DNA of 64,000 nt from Bdellovibrionales bacterium (lineage in GTDB: Bacteria; Bdellovibrionota; Bdellovibrionia; Bdellovibrionales; UBA1609), in assembly GCA_041690295.1 (NCBI GenBank), contig JAWLHR010000011.1, forward strand, positions 1 to 64,000, read 5' to 3'. The notes under the pieces are model-generated. The model made no database searches and was not told the origin of the DNA. It saw only the letters and a program-made list of their open reading frames with translations. Position numbers and translations under genes: made by a program. Every line of letters starts with the position of its first letter. Positions within the stretch are counted from its first letter, which is position 1. Shown here piece after piece: positions 1 through 9,508 of this stretch.

Positions 1-217
1 TGGCAAAAACCATGAGAGCCGAATATACGATCGATTGCGCGACTCACTTGGCCAGGAAACTTTTTGTTGCACCGGGGCGGGTCCATATACGGGCACAGTG
101 ATGGCGGAACCTCGCGCCCCAGGCGGCCCAATGAAGTGTAAAAGAATTTGTGATTTTATCTCATTATGAACAGCTGTCTTGAGTCGAATCACTTAAAGTT
201 TTGGTTCATGCCAGTGA

Positions 218-260
218 TATCAATAAGTTAGATGCGATCGCCATAGGCATCCACCCTGCA
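218..260 (+). promoter_or_regulatory. IHF-like site plus sigma54-type -24/-12 promoter
   Basis: TATCAATAAGTTA (218-230) fits the IHF consensus WATCAANNNNTTR. AGGCATCCACCCTGCA (245-260) has the GG-N10-GC spacing, just upstream of the ORF at 272. Confidence 0.55.
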
Positions 261-271
261 ATTGAATCGTC

Positions 272-898
272 TTGATGCAAAGGTTTGCCCTGTTAATCGC
301 CATTTTGGCGGGGTCCTTTTATTTCACTTCCGCGGAAGCGCAATGTAGGCGTGGTCAAACCATGCGGGATTGCAGCCGGAGTAACGATACCCTGCGATGC
401 ATGACTTGCAATGCCTATCACGAGGCCCGGGGTGACGCGAGTATCGTCGAAGTCAATCGCACGGTCATCGCACGCACGGAGTCGGGGCAGTACCCCAAGA
501 ACATCTGTGATGTGATTTATCAGCGCAAGCAATTCAGTTGGACATTTCAGAATAAGTTACGGGCCTGTCTTGACGATGCAAGTTGGAACAAATCAGCCCA
601 AGCCGCGGCTGAGGCGATTAAGAAAGGTTCGAACGGGCATCTGAATTATTACAGATTCGACATCAATCCCAAGTGGGCAAGAAACTGCCATCCCAAAAAA
701 AGAATTGGTGACCATTTATTCTGTACGGCGGGCGCGGGAAGGGTCGCCTCGAGAAGCTCGTCCAATAGCGGTAAAATAAAAACAAGCAGCACAAAGCGTC
801 GCTCCGCCAAATCGAAATCGAGATCGAGTCGCGCGAAGAGGAGCCGAGTTAAAACCGCCACATATGGTTCCGGTGGCTTCGGAGGAGCTGTGCGGTAG
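272..898 (+). CDS. Secreted cell wall hydrolase (SleB/Hydrolase_2 family) with basic Ser/Lys/Arg tail
   Basis: Signal peptide; 'CMTCNAYHEARGD', 'YPKNICDVIYQRKQFSW', 'PKWA...RIGDHLF' are SleB-type motifs. Confidence 0.85.
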   Translation: MMQRFALLIAILAGSFYFTSAEAQCRRGQTMRDCSRSNDTLRCMTCNAYHEARGDASIVEVNRTVIARTESGQYPKNICDVIYQRKQFSWTFQNKLRACLDDASWNKSAQAAAEAIKKGSNGHLNYYRFDINPKWARNCHPKKRIGDHLFCTAGAGRVASRSSSNSGKIKTSSTKRRSAKSKSRSSRAKRSRVKTATYGSGGFGGAVR

Positions 899-959
899 TA
901 TGAGTGCCATGAGTATGGTATATTTCAAATTTATGAAATGGCTCTCAAATGAGGGAAAA

Positions 960-1640
960 ATGAAACTGATTTACTTGTTAATGATCGCGGGTTTCACGGG
1001 AGCGGCTTCAGCGCAGCCCACGATTGAAATTCATGAGGGCCGGTTGGGTGAATTGAAACTTGGACCAGTGGTCGAACAAGCGCTGAAAAAATTCAATCCC
1101 AACTTTCAGGTTTATAACAGCTCGGATTTTATTCAGTCCTTGCAGGATGTGTATGTGGCGCCGACCCGCGAACAGCTGGCCGCGAACAAAAATAAAACCA
1201 ATTGTGATGAAATGATCCCGCCCGCCGATAAGTCGCTCCCTCAGGCGGTCGTCGGTGATTTCAATGGCGACAAAATCGATGACGTGGTCCTCTTGGGTCA
1301 CGACCAAAAAAGCCATTACGTCTTGGGTGTTCTCTCGTCGGGAAAAACCTATGAGGTTTCAATCATCGAAAGATCCGAATATGTTCCGCCCACGCAGTCC
1401 ACCTTTCCCCCGAAGGAAGCCGGCGAGCCGGAACCGCAAGATGTGGAACGCGGCCTCACGGAGTCCTTGACCCTAGTTGAATCCGAAGCCGAAGCTCGCA
1501 AGTCGGAATACATCAAAAAGTGCGTTTCACCGGATGTGAAGCGATTTAAAAATGATGCGGTTTTGGTCAGCGAATACATGTCACCGGCCAATCGCCTCTA
1601 CTATGTTAAGGGCAAGAAATTCGTCGAATACAAGCCGTAG
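960..1640 (+). CDS. Secreted hypothetical protein with FG-GAP-like Ca-binding loop
   Basis: ATG 960 after GAGGG; signal peptide MKLIYLLMIAGFTGAASA; 'VGDFNGDKIDDVVLLG'. Confidence 0.65.
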   Translation: MKLIYLLMIAGFTGAASAQPTIEIHEGRLGELKLGPVVEQALKKFNPNFQVYNSSDFIQSLQDVYVAPTREQLAANKNKTNCDEMIPPADKSLPQAVVGDFNGDKIDDVVLLGHDQKSHYVLGVLSSGKTYEVSIIERSEYVPPTQSTFPPKEAGEPEPQDVERGLTESLTLVESEAEARKSEYIKKCVSPDVKRFKNDAVLVSEYMSPANRLYYVKGKKFVEYKP

Positions 1641-1770
1641 AATGCGCGACTGTTCCCAGGCACAGTGTGGGCGCGTGGGCATACAATCCGCCTTGCTCCC
1701 CTCTTATGAGCCGAAAAATGGCAGTTTGTCGGGTTCCTGACCGCCAAACCCAATAAAACCTAATCCCGGC

Positions 1771-1786
1771 TGGTACTTAAATCGCA
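1771..1786 (+). promoter_or_regulatory. sigma54-type promoter candidate
   Basis: TGGTACTTAAATCGCA, GG-N10-GC, upstream of the AGGAG RBS of ORF 1817. Confidence 0.45.
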
Positions 1787-1816
1787 AAAGTCAGTCACTG
1801 CACAGGAGAATAGGTC

Positions 1817-2428
1817 ATGGTTGGGCAATGGCGAGTCTTCGGAATCGCGGCGGTCGCCGGACTGTTGATTTGGTTCGGATCGGCGGTGGAATCTTCAGTT
1901 TCTTTCGCGTCCGTTTCCCAGGAATCAAGTCTGGATATCGTGGAATCGCGCATAGAGAAGATCCTTTCGGAAGCCACGGGTTCGCGCGCCCGAAGTGTTA
2001 TGTATCGCTGTTATCAATTCGGCCGCCTGCAAGCGGTCGCCGACCAGTTGAAATTTGATTTGGCCAAGCTTTCAAAAATCCAAACGGCGAATCCCACCAA
2101 ACAAGCGCAGACCATTTACGAGGGCCAGCAGATTCACTTGCAATTGGATACGAAACTCAAAGACTGGAGCGCGACTTGCGACGCGCAGTTCGCCTCGGCG
2201 AACGCCAATTCTCTTCTTGCGTCGATTCGCGACGCTCGCTCACGTCTCATGACCGTGGGCGGTGAAGATCCTGTGGTGGGTTGTTATCACGCCGGCCGCC
2301 TTAAAATCCATCTAGAGAGATTGCAAAACCAGATGAACAAACTCACGGCCAGCGGCAAGAACGTCAAACCCGAGATTCACTCGTTGTTGACGGATTCACT
2401 CCGATTATTGAAAAGAAGTTGCGATTAG
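1817..2428 (+). CDS. Exported helical hypothetical protein
   Basis: AGGAG RBS; N-terminal hydrophobic segment; internal repeat CYQFGRL / CYHAGRL. Confidence 0.65.
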   Translation: MVGQWRVFGIAAVAGLLIWFGSAVESSVSFASVSQESSLDIVESRIEKILSEATGSRARSVMYRCYQFGRLQAVADQLKFDLAKLSKIQTANPTKQAQTIYEGQQIHLQLDTKLKDWSATCDAQFASANANSLLASIRDARSRLMTVGGEDPVVGCYHAGRLKIHLERLQNQMNKLTASGKNVKPEIHSLLTDSLRLLKRSCD

Positions 2429-2655
2429 CGGGATCGCGCGGACTTGGATCGGGAATTTTTCTTGATCACTCCCGACTTGGACAAGAGGGCGTGAACATTG
2501 AATCCCCAGCCGATACCAAAGTGCTTGGGCGGAAAAACTCGTTTATCCTTCGGATTCCAAATGTCTTTATGCAGGTTTTTCCAATCCCACTGCATGGGCA
2601 TTCCCAAGAAAGATTTCATTTTTCCAGCTCCTTTTTTGGATCGCCTTTTTTTCAT
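2425..2655 (-). CDS. Small DUF5808-like protein
   Basis: 'WNPKDKRVFPPKHFGIGWGFN' resembles the NP.D..LFVPKRFG.GWT.N motif; start uncertain (2655 or 2619). Confidence 0.65.
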   Translation of the reverse strand: MKKRRSKKGAGKMKSFLGMPMQWDWKNLHKDIWNPKDKRVFPPKHFGIGWGFNVHALLSKSGVIKKNSRSKSARSR

Positions 2656-2720
2656 CGTCTGCCAGTTTAACGGCCAAGCGTGCGCAAAGCAACCTGGCCG
2701 TTCGGCTCGACTAAACTGAT

Positions 2721-4685
2721 CTACATGCTGGAAAAACACTGAACATAATAAACACGACCCTGAGTGTCGACCGCCACACCAACGCCGCTTGATTTATAAA
2801 CAGAATTTAACAGGTTGTTGCGATGCGGTTCCGAACTCATCCATAAATTCACGATGTTGGCCGGATTGCTTCCGCCGCGAGCAATGTTTTCACCGGCGTA
2901 TCCGGATAAACCAACAGCGATCGCACGCGTCCGAAAATCACCGTGCGTCGGACTTTCATGGGATAAGAAATTGTTGGTCGCCATATCTTCCGTATGATTT
3001 TGCGCCAATTGCACGCACGCATCGGAAACCTTCAACGGACTGCGACCATACCGGGCCCGCATCTGATTGATACCTTGGAATACCTGACAGGCCGGCGCAT
3101 TCATACCACCGCATCCCGGTTGGGGTGTCGGTCCAGGTTGAGGAGACGGAGTCGGTGAAGGCGATGGACCGGGTGACGGTGAAGGACTCGGTGAAGGTGA
3201 TGGGCTTGGCGACGGAGAAGGTGACGGCGACGGACTCGGCGACGGAGAAGGTGACGGCGAGTTCCCCGGATATTTTGAATTGATCACCTGAGCCAGCATT
3301 CGCAGATTCAAACGATTTCCGCTATTGAACACGGAAGCCAATCGCGAATCTTTGACGGAGCCTTCTTTCAATATCTGTTCAACCAGTGCCGGCGTCGGAT
3401 TCACTCCGCGAGCTTTTAAAAGTCCGAAAGCCAGACCAGCGGCACCCGCCACGATCGGAGTGGCCATGGACGTTCCATCCATATTTCCGTAGCTGCCGTT
3501 CATAAGTGTGGAGAGAATCCCCGAACCCGGTGAACCGAGATCCACGTAGGTGGTGCTGTAATTGGAAAAGCTGCTTCGACTTCCGCTTGAAGTCAGCGCA
3601 CCAATGGACAACGCTCCATTGATGGAAGCGGCATAAGATGCCGGGCTCACCCAATTCGATGAGGTTAATTGAGTGTTTTCATTACCGGCGGCGATGACAA
3701 CGGTCGCGCCTTTGGCCACCGCATTGGCGACCGCGTTTCCGAAAGCCGCGTTTTTACCGGGACCACCCAAGCTCAATGAAATCACATTGGCGCCGTTTTG
3801 CGCGGCCCAGTTAATCCCGTTCACGACGGACTCGGACGAACCCGAACCACTCCGCGAAAGGACTTTCACCGCCATGATCTTCGCCCGCTGACCCATGGTT
3901 CCGGCGATGCCGACGCCGTTATTGCTGACGCCCGCGGCAAGACCCGCGCAATGGGTGCCGTGGCCGGCGTCGTCCATGGGATCATAGTCGTTATTAATGA
4001 AGTCGCGGCCATAACCATTCGGGCCGCGCCACATGTTGGCTTTGAGGTCTTGGTGATTGTAATTCACCCCGGTGTCGACGATGGCGATGATCACATCGTC
4101 TTTGATTCCGTTGGTGCCATAAAACGTATCATATCCGGCCGCGGCCTCGATGAACTGCATGGCCCATTGGCGGGAGTAATTCGGATCATTCGGTACGGCG
4201 ATGGCGTGAACATCCGAGTCGTTGGCGACCTGCACGACACATTCATCCGCCGCCGCTTTTTCTTCAAGCTCGGCGAGATCCATGTCGTCGGTCAATGTGA
4301 AGGCGTAAGCCTGTTGTTCCAACTCACGAGTCCGAAGAGCGGAAACTTCGGCGGAGAGACCTTGATGGGCCCCACGCCGCTCGTAACATTCATTGTCCAC
4401 GATGGCGAGAAGCCGTGAGCCTCTTTGCAGTCGCACGTCGTTGCGACGGGCCTTCGCGGAATATCCACTCATCACACCCTCAGGTGAGACGGCGGGCTTT
4501 CCCTGATCCGCCAGAATATCAAAATCCAATTCCACTTTTGCTGATTCGAGAAGCGTGGCTCCGCCGCCCGAAGCACTTTCAGGCAATTCCCATTTCGCCG
4601 TCTCAAAACCATACGGCGAACAGCCGGCCATCGCCACGCTTAGAAAAATCGATATCCATTTTCGCGATTGTTTCCCACACAACAC
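2721..4685 (-). CDS. Lipoprotein S8 (subtilisin-like) protease fused via Ser-Pro linker to a CAP/SCP domain
   Basis: Lipobox MAGC; catalytic motifs IVDTG, GHGTHCAG, GTSMATP; C-terminal 'HTEDMATNNFLSH', 'GENIA', 'WMSSEPHRNNLL' (CAP). Confidence 0.92.
   Translation of the reverse strand: MLCGKQSRKWISIFLSVAMAGCSPYGFETAKWELPESASGGGATLLESAKVELDFDILADQGKPAVSPEGVMSGYSAKARRNDVRLQRGSRLLAIVDNECYERRGAHQGLSAEVSALRTRELEQQAYAFTLTDDMDLAELEEKAAADECVVQVANDSDVHAIAVPNDPNYSRQWAMQFIEAAAGYDTFYGTNGIKDDVIIAIVDTGVNYNHQDLKANMWRGPNGYGRDFINNDYDPMDDAGHGTHCAGLAAGVSNNGVGIAGTMGQRAKIMAVKVLSRSGSGSSESVVNGINWAAQNGANVISLSLGGPGKNAAFGNAVANAVAKGATVVIAAGNENTQLTSSNWVSPASYAASINGALSIGALTSSGSRSSFSNYSTTYVDLGSPGSGILSTLMNGSYGNMDGTSMATPIVAGAAGLAFGLLKARGVNPTPALVEQILKEGSVKDSRLASVFNSGNRLNLRMLAQVINSKYPGNSPSPSPSPSPSPSPSPSPSPSPSPSPSPSPGPSPSPTPSPQPGPTPQPGCGGMNAPACQVFQGINQMRARYGRSPLKVSDACVQLAQNHTEDMATNNFLSHESPTHGDFRTRAIAVGLSGYAGENIARGGSNPANIVNLWMSSEPHRNNLLNSVYKSSGVGVAVDTQGRVYYVQCFSSM
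3115..3262 (-). repeat. Coding (Ser-Pro)n low-complexity linker
   Basis: Translates as SPSPSP...PGPSPSPTPSPQP with varied synonymous codons. Confidence 0.9.
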
Positions 4686-4830
4686 TTGAATCCCCCTCGT
4701 AACGCGGGGGAAATGTGCAACCTCGATGCAAGGCGAGCGACAAAGGGCTAGCTCAAGTCTTAAGACTTTTGTCGAATGAAATGCGGGTGATTAAGGTTTC
4801 GACTGTCTGAAGAAAAATTGTCTGGACGTG

Positions 4831-5532
4831 TTAATTTTCGGTGCCGAGGGGCGTGGTCTCGATCGTCTTCAATTTTTCGAAGTCACTCACATCGCCGGTG
4901 ACGGCCTTTTTTTCTTTTGGTTTTTCGGAGTACTTCTTGGAATAGAGACGGAACAACTCATTGAACTCTTTGGTTCTTTCTCTCATGTACGAATCAAAAT
5001 CTTTGGATTGCGCGTTCAGTTCGGACTCGAAACTTCGGCGGCGCTCCCGCTCATCGGCAAAAAACCGGTTTCTTTGCTTTTCCTGATCCGCGAAAAATTC
5101 CCGGTTCGCCTTCGAGTCCCGGCGGCGCTTAAGAAAAGCGTCCCGTTTCAATTTGAGATCCTTCAGGAATTCATCGCGCCGTCGGGTCTCTTCGGTTTTG
5201 TAATCGTCACGCAATTGTTGAACCTTTTCGCGAAACGCGGAACGGCGCTTTTGCACAAGCGCCTGAAACTTCTCTCTGACGATGTGGGGCGGCTCGGTCC
5301 CCTGCCCCATTAAATTAAGAAACAGCGCGAGTTCATCGTTGGACTTTTGTTTGTCCTCGGGGATTTCTTTTCGCAGCTCGGCCAGTTTTTCGCGATCCGC
5401 TTTTAAACTGACTTCACCCTCAAGGGTTTCCTCGATCTTGCGGCGATCGTCGCGAATGTCTTTCATGGGATCGCGGCGCAGGGCGCATCCGGCTGTCATA
5501 ATCAGGATCAAACCGAGGACAATTCGATTCAT
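4831..5532 (-). CDS. Coiled-coil charged lipoprotein, hypothetical
   Basis: Likely start MNRIVLGLILIMTAGC (lipobox); the longer ORF-track extension overlaps smpB. Confidence 0.7.
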   Translation of the reverse strand: MNRIVLGLILIMTAGCALRRDPMKDIRDDRRKIEETLEGEVSLKADREKLAELRKEIPEDKQKSNDELALFLNLMGQGTEPPHIVREKFQALVQKRRSAFREKVQQLRDDYKTEETRRRDEFLKDLKLKRDAFLKRRRDSKANREFFADQEKQRNRFFADERERRRSFESELNAQSKDFDSYMRERTKEFNELFRLYSKKYSEKPKEKKAVTGDVSDFEKLKTIETTPLGTEN

Positions 5533-5590
5533 AAATATAATGATAGGGAACACGTGCTTCTCCCTCAAGTTCGGTCGCGGGACTGGACCT

Positions 5591-6046
5591 TTAGCGGGAT
5601 CGCCGTAAACTCCGCTGCATCTCGCGAGAAGCCTCGCGGGATTTAATGGATTGGCGCTTATCCCCTTTTTTCTTTCCGCGGGCCAAGGCGATTTCAACTT
5701 TGGCGCGGCCACGTTTGAAATACATCTTAAGTGGAACGCAAGTGAGCCCCTTCTCCGTGGTCGCCGCACGGATCTTATCCAGTTCATGTTCATGAAGAAG
5801 AAGCTTTCGCAATCGTTCCGGTTCATGATTGTTGTAACTGGAGGCTGAATAAACCGGAATGTGGGCGTTTTGCAAATAGGCTTCGTGCCCGCGAAAAGAC
5901 ACGTAGGCATCCTTGAGCGTCGCCGTATTCACCCGCAACGATTTGACTTCACTGCCCCGCAAAGCCAATCCGGCTTCGAAGGTTTCGAGAATCTCGTAAT
6001 CGAAACGCGCTTTTTTGTTTTCCGTAATGATCTTAATCGCGCTCAT
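5591..6046 (-). CDS. smpB: SsrA-binding protein SmpB
   Basis: 'NKKARFDYEILETFEAGLALRGSEVKSLR', 'RKLLLH', 'ARGKK'. Confidence 0.98.
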   Translation of the reverse strand: MSAIKIITENKKARFDYEILETFEAGLALRGSEVKSLRVNTATLKDAYVSFRGHEAYLQNAHIPVYSASSYNNHEPERLRKLLLHEHELDKIRAATTEKGLTCVPLKMYFKRGRAKVEIALARGKKKGDKRQSIKSREASREMQRSLRRSR

Positions 6047-6824
6047 ATATCTTATTGTATAACTTCACCCAGTCAGCGGGGCTTAATTCTTCCGCCCGCG
6101 CCTTGGCCGGGATCAGCCGCTCCAACTTGGACTTATCCACCGTGCCGCTCAGGTTTTTCAACAGAAACTTGCGCCGAAAGGCGAATCCCGCCTTCAACAG
6201 CCGCAAGAATCGCGGGCCGAGGTCCACTTCCGGGAGGCGTTCAAAGGAAAGCACCCGGCTCGCCACCTTCGGCGGAGGATAAAAATCCCTCTGTGAAGCC
6301 TCGCAAATCCGCGCGATCTTGAAATGAGTTTGCGCCATCACCGAAAGCATTCCGTAATCTTTCGTGCGCGGTTTGGCCTGGATCCGCTCGGCCACTTCTT
6401 TTTGAAACATCAAAATCATATAAGTCAGATCCTTTGGGCCAAGGCAGCGATCGATCACGATGTGGGTGGAAATTTGATAGGGAAGATTACTGACCAGAAG
6501 GGACCCTTTTCTTAATCCCAGCTCGTCCCAATTCAGGCGGAGCGCGTCCGCTTCAATCACCTCAAGATCACGCCCGCGCCAGTAGCGGGCCAAGTCCCGG
6601 TCCAATTCGATCAACCGTGGCCTGAACCCTTCTTCAAGCAGTCGCTCAGTCAAAGCGCCCACGCCCGGACCGATCTCCACCAGATCGGAGAACTTTCGGG
6701 CTTTCACGGCGCTAATGATCTTTTCAATCACCGTGGGGCTCACGAGAAAGTTCTGGCCCAACGCTTTTTTGGGCGTAATGCCCAATTCTTGAAGTCGGGA
6801 TTTTAAATCGAATCCCCCACTCAT
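6033..6824 (-). CDS. rsmA: 16S rRNA dimethyladenosine transferase
   Basis: 'KKALGQNFL', 'EIGPGVGALT', 'NLPYQIS', 'MFQKEVAERI'; ATGA overlap with the tsaD stop. Confidence 0.96.
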   Translation of the reverse strand: MSGGFDLKSRLQELGITPKKALGQNFLVSPTVIEKIISAVKARKFSDLVEIGPGVGALTERLLEEGFRPRLIELDRDLARYWRGRDLEVIEADALRLNWDELGLRKGSLLVSNLPYQISTHIVIDRCLGPKDLTYMILMFQKEVAERIQAKPRTKDYGMLSVMAQTHFKIARICEASQRDFYPPPKVASRVLSFERLPEVDLGPRFLRLLKAGFAFRRKFLLKNLSGTVDKSKLERLIPAKARAEELSPADWVKLYNKIYERD

Positions 6825-7855
6825 GCCGGAGACCAATCGCCAGGAAGCGCGTGAGCGGATGGCGAAAGATCTTGGCACGAGACTTCACCACGTTGCAATC
6901 GATAAAGCCCGGCCAAAGCGATCATGGCCGCGTTGTCCGTGCAGTAGCGAAGAGGCGGTAGCGCCAAAGTCGCGCCCGCTTGTTCGGCGAGTTCAGACAT
7001 TCTTTGGCGCAATCGCGAATTCGCGCTCACGCCACCCGTGACGGTCCAGTTTTTAAGCCCCGTCTGAAGCGCGGCTTTTTGCATTTTGATCGCCAGCACA
7101 TCCACAACGGCTTCTTGATAACTGGCGCAAAGATCCGCTTTGCGAGCGTCCACTTCCGACGGCGACATCTCCTCGATCTTTCTCGCCGCCGCCGTCTTCA
7201 ATCCGGAGAAACTAAAGTTCAGATTGTCCTCGTTGACCAAACCACGGGGAAATCGAAACGCGTTTTTGTCGCCTTTTTGAGCCCATTGATCCACCTGAAC
7301 TCCACCGGGAAAACCAAGGCCCAGCATTTTGGCGAATTTATCGAACGCCTCGCCGGCGGCATCGTCCACCGTTTGACCAAGCAGTTTATACCGCGTCGGC
7401 TCTTCGACAATGAATAAATGCGTGTGACCCCCACTGACCGCCAAACCTAAATAGGGAAATCCGAAGTTCGCCGGTGGACAGTACTCGCGATCCTTGAGTA
7501 AGGGCGCGAGCAAGTGTCCTTCAATGTGATTGACGCCGACAAAGGGAATCCCTTTGGCCAGACTCAAAGTTTTCGCCGTGACCACGCCCACGAGAAGCGA
7601 GCCGATCAATCCAGGCCGCGATGTGACCGCGATTCCCGTAATGGACGACCAGTCCAACCCCTGATCCATTAAAAGCCGGTCGATCATCGGCAATAAGGTT
7701 TCCGTGTGCTGGCGGCTGGCGACTTCCGGCACGACTCCACCGAACGGCCGGTGAGCCGAATCCTGGTTCGCCGAAGAAAGCGCGATGACCTCACCCTCGA
7801 CGCTGATCACGGCCGTCGAGGTGTCATCACAACTGGTTTCCACTCCAATAATCAT
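6821..7855 (-). CDS. tsaD: t6A tRNA modification protein TsaD
   Basis: 'GVETSCDDT', 'GGVVPEVASRQH', 'HIEGH', 'DDAAGEAFDK', 'CTDNAAMI'. Confidence 0.97.
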   Translation of the reverse strand: MIIGVETSCDDTSTAVISVEGEVIALSSANQDSAHRPFGGVVPEVASRQHTETLLPMIDRLLMDQGLDWSSITGIAVTSRPGLIGSLLVGVVTAKTLSLAKGIPFVGVNHIEGHLLAPLLKDREYCPPANFGFPYLGLAVSGGHTHLFIVEEPTRYKLLGQTVDDAAGEAFDKFAKMLGLGFPGGVQVDQWAQKGDKNAFRFPRGLVNEDNLNFSFSGLKTAAARKIEEMSPSEVDARKADLCASYQEAVVDVLAIKMQKAALQTGLKNWTVTGGVSANSRLRQRMSELAEQAGATLALPPLRYCTDNAAMIALAGLYRLQRGEVSCQDLSPSAHALPGDWSPA

Positions 7856-8523
7856 TTGATGGATTTTAACCTAAGAGCCGCTTTTTTGGACTCCTTGGAC
7901 TTGGGAAATTTGGTCACCACCTCGTCAAAAAAGACTTTGGCTTCATCTTTCATCCCAAGTTCCTGAAAGCAGATCCCCATTTTGTAAGTGGCTTCGGCGT
8001 ACTTTTTCCCTTTGGGGTTCTTATTGCGGTATTTCTCATACGCGAGAATCGCATCTTTCCACTTTTTCTGATTAAAGAGCTGGTCCCCTTCTTCCATGGG
8101 TGACTTCGCTGCCTTGCCCTTGCCGGCGGCCTTGTTGTTATCCGCTTTGGCCTTGGCGAGTTCTTCATTCAATGCGAGCACCTGAGCCTCAAGCTTCTTC
8201 AAAGCCTCTTCATAGGCCAGAAACCTTTGTTCGATTTCCTGGCGTTGGCGCATCTGACTTTCTTTTTCGCTGGCATGGGCGGCATTGAACTGCGCGAGTT
8301 GATTTTCAACCACATCCACCCGTCCACTCAGCTGGCGCATCTGCTCGTCGATCTCTTCAGCGTAGGTCGGAACCGGAGGACGCGGCGGAGGCGTTCGCTG
8401 GTCCCGCTGAGCGACGACCGCCTGCCGATTGACATCGACCCCTTCACGCCGAAGATCCGCGCGGGTTTTCAAACATCCCACCACGAACATCCCGGATAAA
8501 CCGACCAGAATCACACGATTCAT
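7852..8523 (-). CDS. cpoB: CpoB/YbgF-like TPR lipoprotein
   Basis: Lipobox VVGC, coiled coil, C-terminal TPR 'AEATYKMGICF...VVTKFPKS'; downstream of pal. Confidence 0.75.
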   Translation of the reverse strand: MNRVILVGLSGMFVVGCLKTRADLRREGVDVNRQAVVAQRDQRTPPPRPPVPTYAEEIDEQMRQLSGRVDVVENQLAQFNAAHASEKESQMRQRQEIEQRFLAYEEALKKLEAQVLALNEELAKAKADNNKAAGKGKAAKSPMEEGDQLFNQKKWKDAILAYEKYRNKNPKGKKYAEATYKMGICFQELGMKDEAKVFFDEVVTKFPKSKESKKAALRLKSIK

Positions 8524-8858
8524 GGAAAATTCTCCCCTGTCTGAAATTTTTTAAGACGCGTGAGGTTTTCGGCTTTCTCCGCGAATCGAAGCGCCAACTG
8601 AAAATGTTTTTTAGCTTCTTCGAAATTGGCTTCGCGATAGGCCCGTTGGCCGTTGCGAAAATTCTCTTCCGCCTTATTCCATAAAGAGGTCGCGAACCGG
8701 GCGCTATCCGCATCTTGGGCGGCCCGGACAGCCGCCTTCGCCAGGGCATACTCCTCGTACGGAGGAGGAGCCGCCACTATTCTGCACCCGCAAAGTGTCG
8801 TGAACAGGATCGCGCTAGTTAGCGAGCGGCACAAAGTTCGCGCGGCGGTTTTTGGCAT
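8520..8858 (-). CDS. DUF4398-like lipoprotein
   Basis: Lipobox LCGC; 'EYALAKAAVRAAQDADSARFA...KAE' pattern; next to an OmpA-family gene. Confidence 0.65.
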   Translation of the reverse strand: MPKTAARTLCRSLTSAILFTTLCGCRIVAAPPPYEEYALAKAAVRAAQDADSARFATSLWNKAEENFRNGQRAYREANFEEAKKHFQLALRFAEKAENLTRLKKFQTGENFP

Positions 8859-9324
8859 AGGCCTCTTCCGTGTCGGCCGGATCAAGCGGCTTTTCCTCTC
8901 CATAACTGATGATGGTCAAGCGCTTGGAATCCACACCCAAACTCACAAGATAGTTTTTGACCGCCTTCGCACGCCGTTCACCGAGGGCCAGGTTGTATTC
9001 CGATGATCCCCGGGAGTCGCAATGACCTTCGATCTGCACCGTGTGGTTGTTATTTTTGATCCACTCGGCGTTTTCGCTCAGCTGGCGGCGGGCATTTGTG
9101 GTCAACGTGGAAGAGTCATAATCAAAATTGATTGACACCAAACCAGCGATCTTTCCGCTATCGCTTCCCATCGGATCAATGTTGCCGGAAGTGATCGACG
9201 GATCCATCGTTCCACCTTCAACACCACCCACCGGAGTGTCTGGCGCTTTCTTTTTACTGCCGCAGGAGATCGTCAACACCAATGCGGTTAGGAGTCCGAC
9301 AATCAATGAAAAGCGCTTTAACAT
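8815..9324 (-). CDS. pal: Peptidoglycan-associated lipoprotein Pal
   Basis: Lipobox; 'FDYDSS', 'IEGHCDSRGSSEYNLALGERRA', 'ISYGEEKP', 'KNRRA'. Confidence 0.93.
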   Translation of the reverse strand: MLKRFSLIVGLLTALVLTISCGSKKKAPDTPVGGVEGGTMDPSITSGNIDPMGSDSGKIAGLVSINFDYDSSTLTTNARRQLSENAEWIKNNNHTVQIEGHCDSRGSSEYNLALGERRAKAVKNYLVSLGVDSKRLTIISYGEEKPLDPADTEEAYAKNRRANFVPLAN

Positions 9325-9508
9325 GTTGCAATTCTCCTTTTGAATTTCTTCACATTTTTTAGAAATCCCGTGTCCGTGTCTATATCTGTCGCTGAGCAAC
9401 ATTAACGAATCTCGGACACCGGACTGTCCGCCGAGCCAATGAAATCACTCTGACACCTGCACCGGTAATTGCACAGTTCCATCCCAAACTCATTAAGGAG
9501 GACTGAAA

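Noticed and set aside
3115..3262. CRISPR or non-coding tandem repeat
   Set aside because: It is an in-frame Ser-Pro linker with synonymous variation; there are no spacers or cas genes.
5533..5910. N-terminal extension of the 4831-5910 ORF, or tmRNA next to smpB
   Set aside because: The extension overlaps smpB in another frame and the lipobox supports a start at 5532; there is no room or signature for ssrA.
9457..9473. sigma54 promoter for ssb
   Set aside because: The TTGC is present but there is no GG at the required 10-bp spacing.
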